Assembly: GCA_013239625.1 (NCBI GenBank)
Contig: MU054117.1
Coordinates: 3,834,677 to 3,898,676 of the forward strand
Source: Lama guanicoe
Lineage: Eukaryota
DNA: 64,000 bases
Direction of reading: 5' to 3'
This document shows positions 61,150 to 64,000 of the stretch, in pieces. How positions within the stretch are numbered: the first letter of the stretch is position 1; every line of letters begins with the position of its first letter. Below the pieces are notes generated by a model. That model was not told where the DNA came from. It did no database searches and saw nothing but the letters and a program-made list of their open reading frames with translations. Made by a program: the position numbers and the translations under genes.

Positions 61150-62882
61150 CTAGACTCATCATGGTCTTCTTGACTCAGGGATGGCAATTCCATCCTTCCA
61201 GGCTCAAGATAAAAACCATGATGTCACCTTGACCAGGCCCCACCATACACACACTCTCTGCATTCAGTCTAACAGGGAATCTCATTGGCTCCACCCTCCA
61301 AATAGACCCGGATTGTGACAGGCCTCACCTCTCCCACTGCCACCAACCTGATCAAAACTACCCTCACCTCTGGAGTACTGAGACAGGAGGGAAGGGGGCA
61401 GGGCACAAGCACTGAAAGAATGACACAGCACTTAGCACCAAGATGGCAGAAGACTCAACTCCCAGGAGACCCCAAGGCCCAAGACGGTGGGAGAATCGAC
61501 TCCCAGTCGACCCTGACTTTCATAATACACTCACTGTAACACATTAACGCTGTAAATGGCCCTCCCACAGGCGCCAGGACAGTCACAGGCTGACCATAAA
61601 AGGTCACAAGGTGGGTGGTGACCCAGCTCCTGGGAACCCCGGCCCCTTCCCCAAAGCAGTTGGAATAACCCTCCCACTTGTTAGCACGTGCGGCTACTGA
61701 GCCCATGAAAACAGACAGCCCTGCACCCAGGGGTCACTGTCTCCGGCCTCCTGAGCCGGCCCGCGCTCTGTCTGTGGAGTGTGTGTCTACTTTTACTTTA
61801 ACCGCCCCCACGCCTTGTGCCCGAGCTCACTTTCCCAGAAGGCCTCATGCTCCGGGGCTGCCTCTCAGCTTGCGAGATGGCCCACTTTCCGCCCGTGGAA
61901 TGTGCGTCTCCTGGCCTCTCAGTCTCTCTGGCCTTCTGAGACGGTCAACAGTCGGCCTGTGGCGTGTGTTCTCTCCCTGAGCAAATCTGCTTTGATTCAG
62001 CTGTGGCTCGCTCCTGACCTCTTTCCTGCATGAAGCCAAGGACCCTCACTTGGCGGGGCACATCCCAGGAACGTGCCCAAGACCTGGGGCATGGCCATCC
62101 TCTCGCAGCCCATTTTCCCTGCATCGGTACTGAGAAGGTTTCCATCATGTCTCCGGGCTTCTGCCGCCCCTCCCAACAGCCGGCTGCTGGTGCCGCCCCC
62201 GACGCCACGCTGTTAGCGCAGAGGTCTGAACCGGAGGCCACTTCCCGTGAGGCCGGGCTCCTCCGGAGGGAAGACCAGCTCCTTACAGCGGTCCACACAG
62301 CCCGGGAGCGTCCGCGTCCCCCAGCAGCCCTGCCCTCACCTACCTCTTCTCCCACTTCTTTCGTTCCTGCCCACTCTGCCCTGCCAGCCTCCTGACCATT
62401 CCTCACACACACACATCAGGACACTTCCTGCTTGGAACCTGGCAGCAGCTCTCCCCTCTGCCCACAGTGTTCTTGCCCCAGATGGCTACAGAGGTCACCT
62501 CCCTGCCCCATTTCTTCAAGTTTTTGCTCGAATGCCGCCCTCGTGGTGAGGCCCAGCTGACTCTGACTGCTCCCACTTGGAACGACAATCCTGCCCTCTG
62601 AAAGCCCCGGCCTCCCTCAGCCTGCTCTGTGTCTGCCATCCCACTCAGCACGCGCCGTGATGTAACAGTACACACATTATCTGTCTTACCCATAGGTAGA
62701 CACTAATTACTCCACGAACAGGCTCTCCCAGTAGAGTGCCAGTGTCACCAGGGGAGAAGTTCTTGTTGGTTTCTTTCATGGTTGTGTTCCCAGCATCCAG
62801 AACAACTCCTGGTACTTTGTACGTATTCAAGAAATAGGAGAAAGGAAGGAAGGAAAATTGAATGAATGAATGAATGAATGAA
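61150..62882 (+). mobile_element. L2a-like LINE 3' portion, split by an LTR
   Basis: L2 motifs left ('gatggcaattccatccttcca', 'ctcccactgccaccaacctg') and right of the LTR, ending in 'gtgttcccagcatccagaaca..cctgg' and a (TGAA)n tail. Confidence 0.85.
61379..62126 (+). mobile_element. MER41-like ERV1 solo LTR (748 bp)
   Basis: Begins 'tgagacaggagggaagggggcagggcacaa'; carries MER41-type blocks ('tcactgtaacacattaac', 'cccacaggcgccaggacagt', 'ggaataaccctcccacttgttagc'); 4-bp TSD GTAC at 61375-61378 and 62127-62130; terminal CA reads CG. Confidence 0.85.
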
Positions 62883-63522
62883 GGGCTTTTTCTACCCTAG
62901 GGACAGAAGAGATTGAGGAGGACAAAGTGCTCATATGCAGGGAGGGGTCCTTAGATGGGTCCTCCCAACACCGAACACACAGGCGCTGCTCCATCCACGA
63001 TCCAGACCCCGCTCTACCGTCCTGATCAGCCTCCAGGTCTGGGTGCCCAAGACAGACGCGGTCCCGCTGGAGGCTTTGTGACTCAAGTCGACTTCTGGCC
63101 TGTGAAGGAAGCAGGATGAGCTGGTATAGGTGCCACCAGAAGCCAGGTCCTGCCCTGGCTGCGGACCTCAAACCCCTTCCCTTGTCACCTGGTGGCAAAT
63201 CCGAGGGAACACCGTGCAAGTCAGGAGAGCACTTGTCCAAGGGAAAGGGTGCTCCCCCGGGATCAGGACCTTCCTTATGACTCTTGAATTGGAATCTCCC
63301 AAAGGCAGGAGCCAGGCCAGCCTGCCTACCTTAGTCCATGCTAAGCACTTCCCAGGTGCAAATTAGTATTTCAAAAATAATTTTGAAGATGATTTAATAT
63401 TGATTCTGTTACTTCTATTCATCTATGAGGAACAGAAATATTCATATTCCACCAAATGTTCACAGAGGGTTCCAAATTTAGCTTCCTGATACAGTCTTCT
63501 GTAAAGCTATGGGGGATCCATC

Positions 63523-64000
63523 TTTTTTTTGTTTTAATTGAAGTAGAGTTGATTTACAATCTTGTGTTAATATCCGGTGTACAGCACAGTGATTCAGTGA
63601 TACATACATATTCTTTTTCATTATATGTCATTGCAAGCTATTGAATCTAGTTCCCTGTGCTTTGCAGCAGGACCTTGTTGTTTATCTATTTTATACACAG
63701 TTGTTTATATCCGCTAATCCCGAATTTCTACTTTATCCTTCCTCTCAACTTCCCCTTTGGTAACCATAAATTTGTTTTCTATGTCCATGAATCTCTGTTT
63801 TGTAAATAAGTTCAGTTGTATCATTTTTTAGAGTCCACATATAAGTGCCATCATATGATATTTCTCTTCCTCTGTCTGACTTATTTTACTTAGTATGATC
63901 ACCTAGGTCATCTATGTTGCTGCCAATGGCATTATTTCATTATTTTTTATGGCTGAGTAATATTCCACTGTATATATATACCACATCTTCTTTATCCCAT
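63523..64000 (-). mobile_element. Cetartiodactyl-type L1 3' end, runs off the window
   Basis: Poly-T then 'aattgaagtagagttgatttacaat...gtgtacagcacagtgattcagt', through 'ggcattatttcattattttttatggctgagtaatattccactgtatatatataccacatcttctttatcc'. Confidence 0.93.

Noticed and set aside
59805..62126. A provirus bounded by two LTRs
   Set aside because: The LTRs are unrelated in sequence, each has its own TSD, and the spacer is MIR/L2/unique DNA with no PBS or gag/pol.
1..64000. Naming a host gene or claiming a novel multi-gene system
   Set aside because: No recognisable coding exon or RNA gene anchors the locus; identification needs BLAST/liftOver of the unique islands.

Overview
Mammalian non-coding genomic DNA, almost certainly from a camelid (camel/llama/alpaca). 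A minus-strand tRNA-derived SINE at ~16.1-16.3 kb matches the camelid vic-1 SINE as I recall it, and several short L1 3' ends are of the camelid type. I recognise no protein-coding exon, RNA gene, CRISPR array or prokaryote-like system. The supplied ORFs are chance GC-rich frames or repeat-derived: an L1 ORF2 remnant, a Tigger transposase remnant and microsatellite translations. The window is a GC/CpG-rich gene desert or large intron. It carries old repeats (MIR, L2, MLT1 MaLR LTRs, MER5A, Tigger, L1ME/L1MC) and younger insertions with visible target-site duplications (short L1 tips, vic-1, two ERV1 solo LTRs, one MER41-like). It also has several CpG-dense patches, a strong CTCF motif, and AT-rich unique islands rich in homeodomain/HOX/FOX/AP-1 motifs that look like enhancers. 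I could not identify the host gene and found no supportable evidence of a wholly new biological system. The best leads are a possible minus-strand spliced transcript from a CpG island, a twin-primed inverted L1, a (GGAA)37 array replacing an L1 tail, a MER41-like LTR with one intact GAS site, and focal CpG gain in ancient repeats. Repeat family names come from recalled consensus sequences, not from a search.
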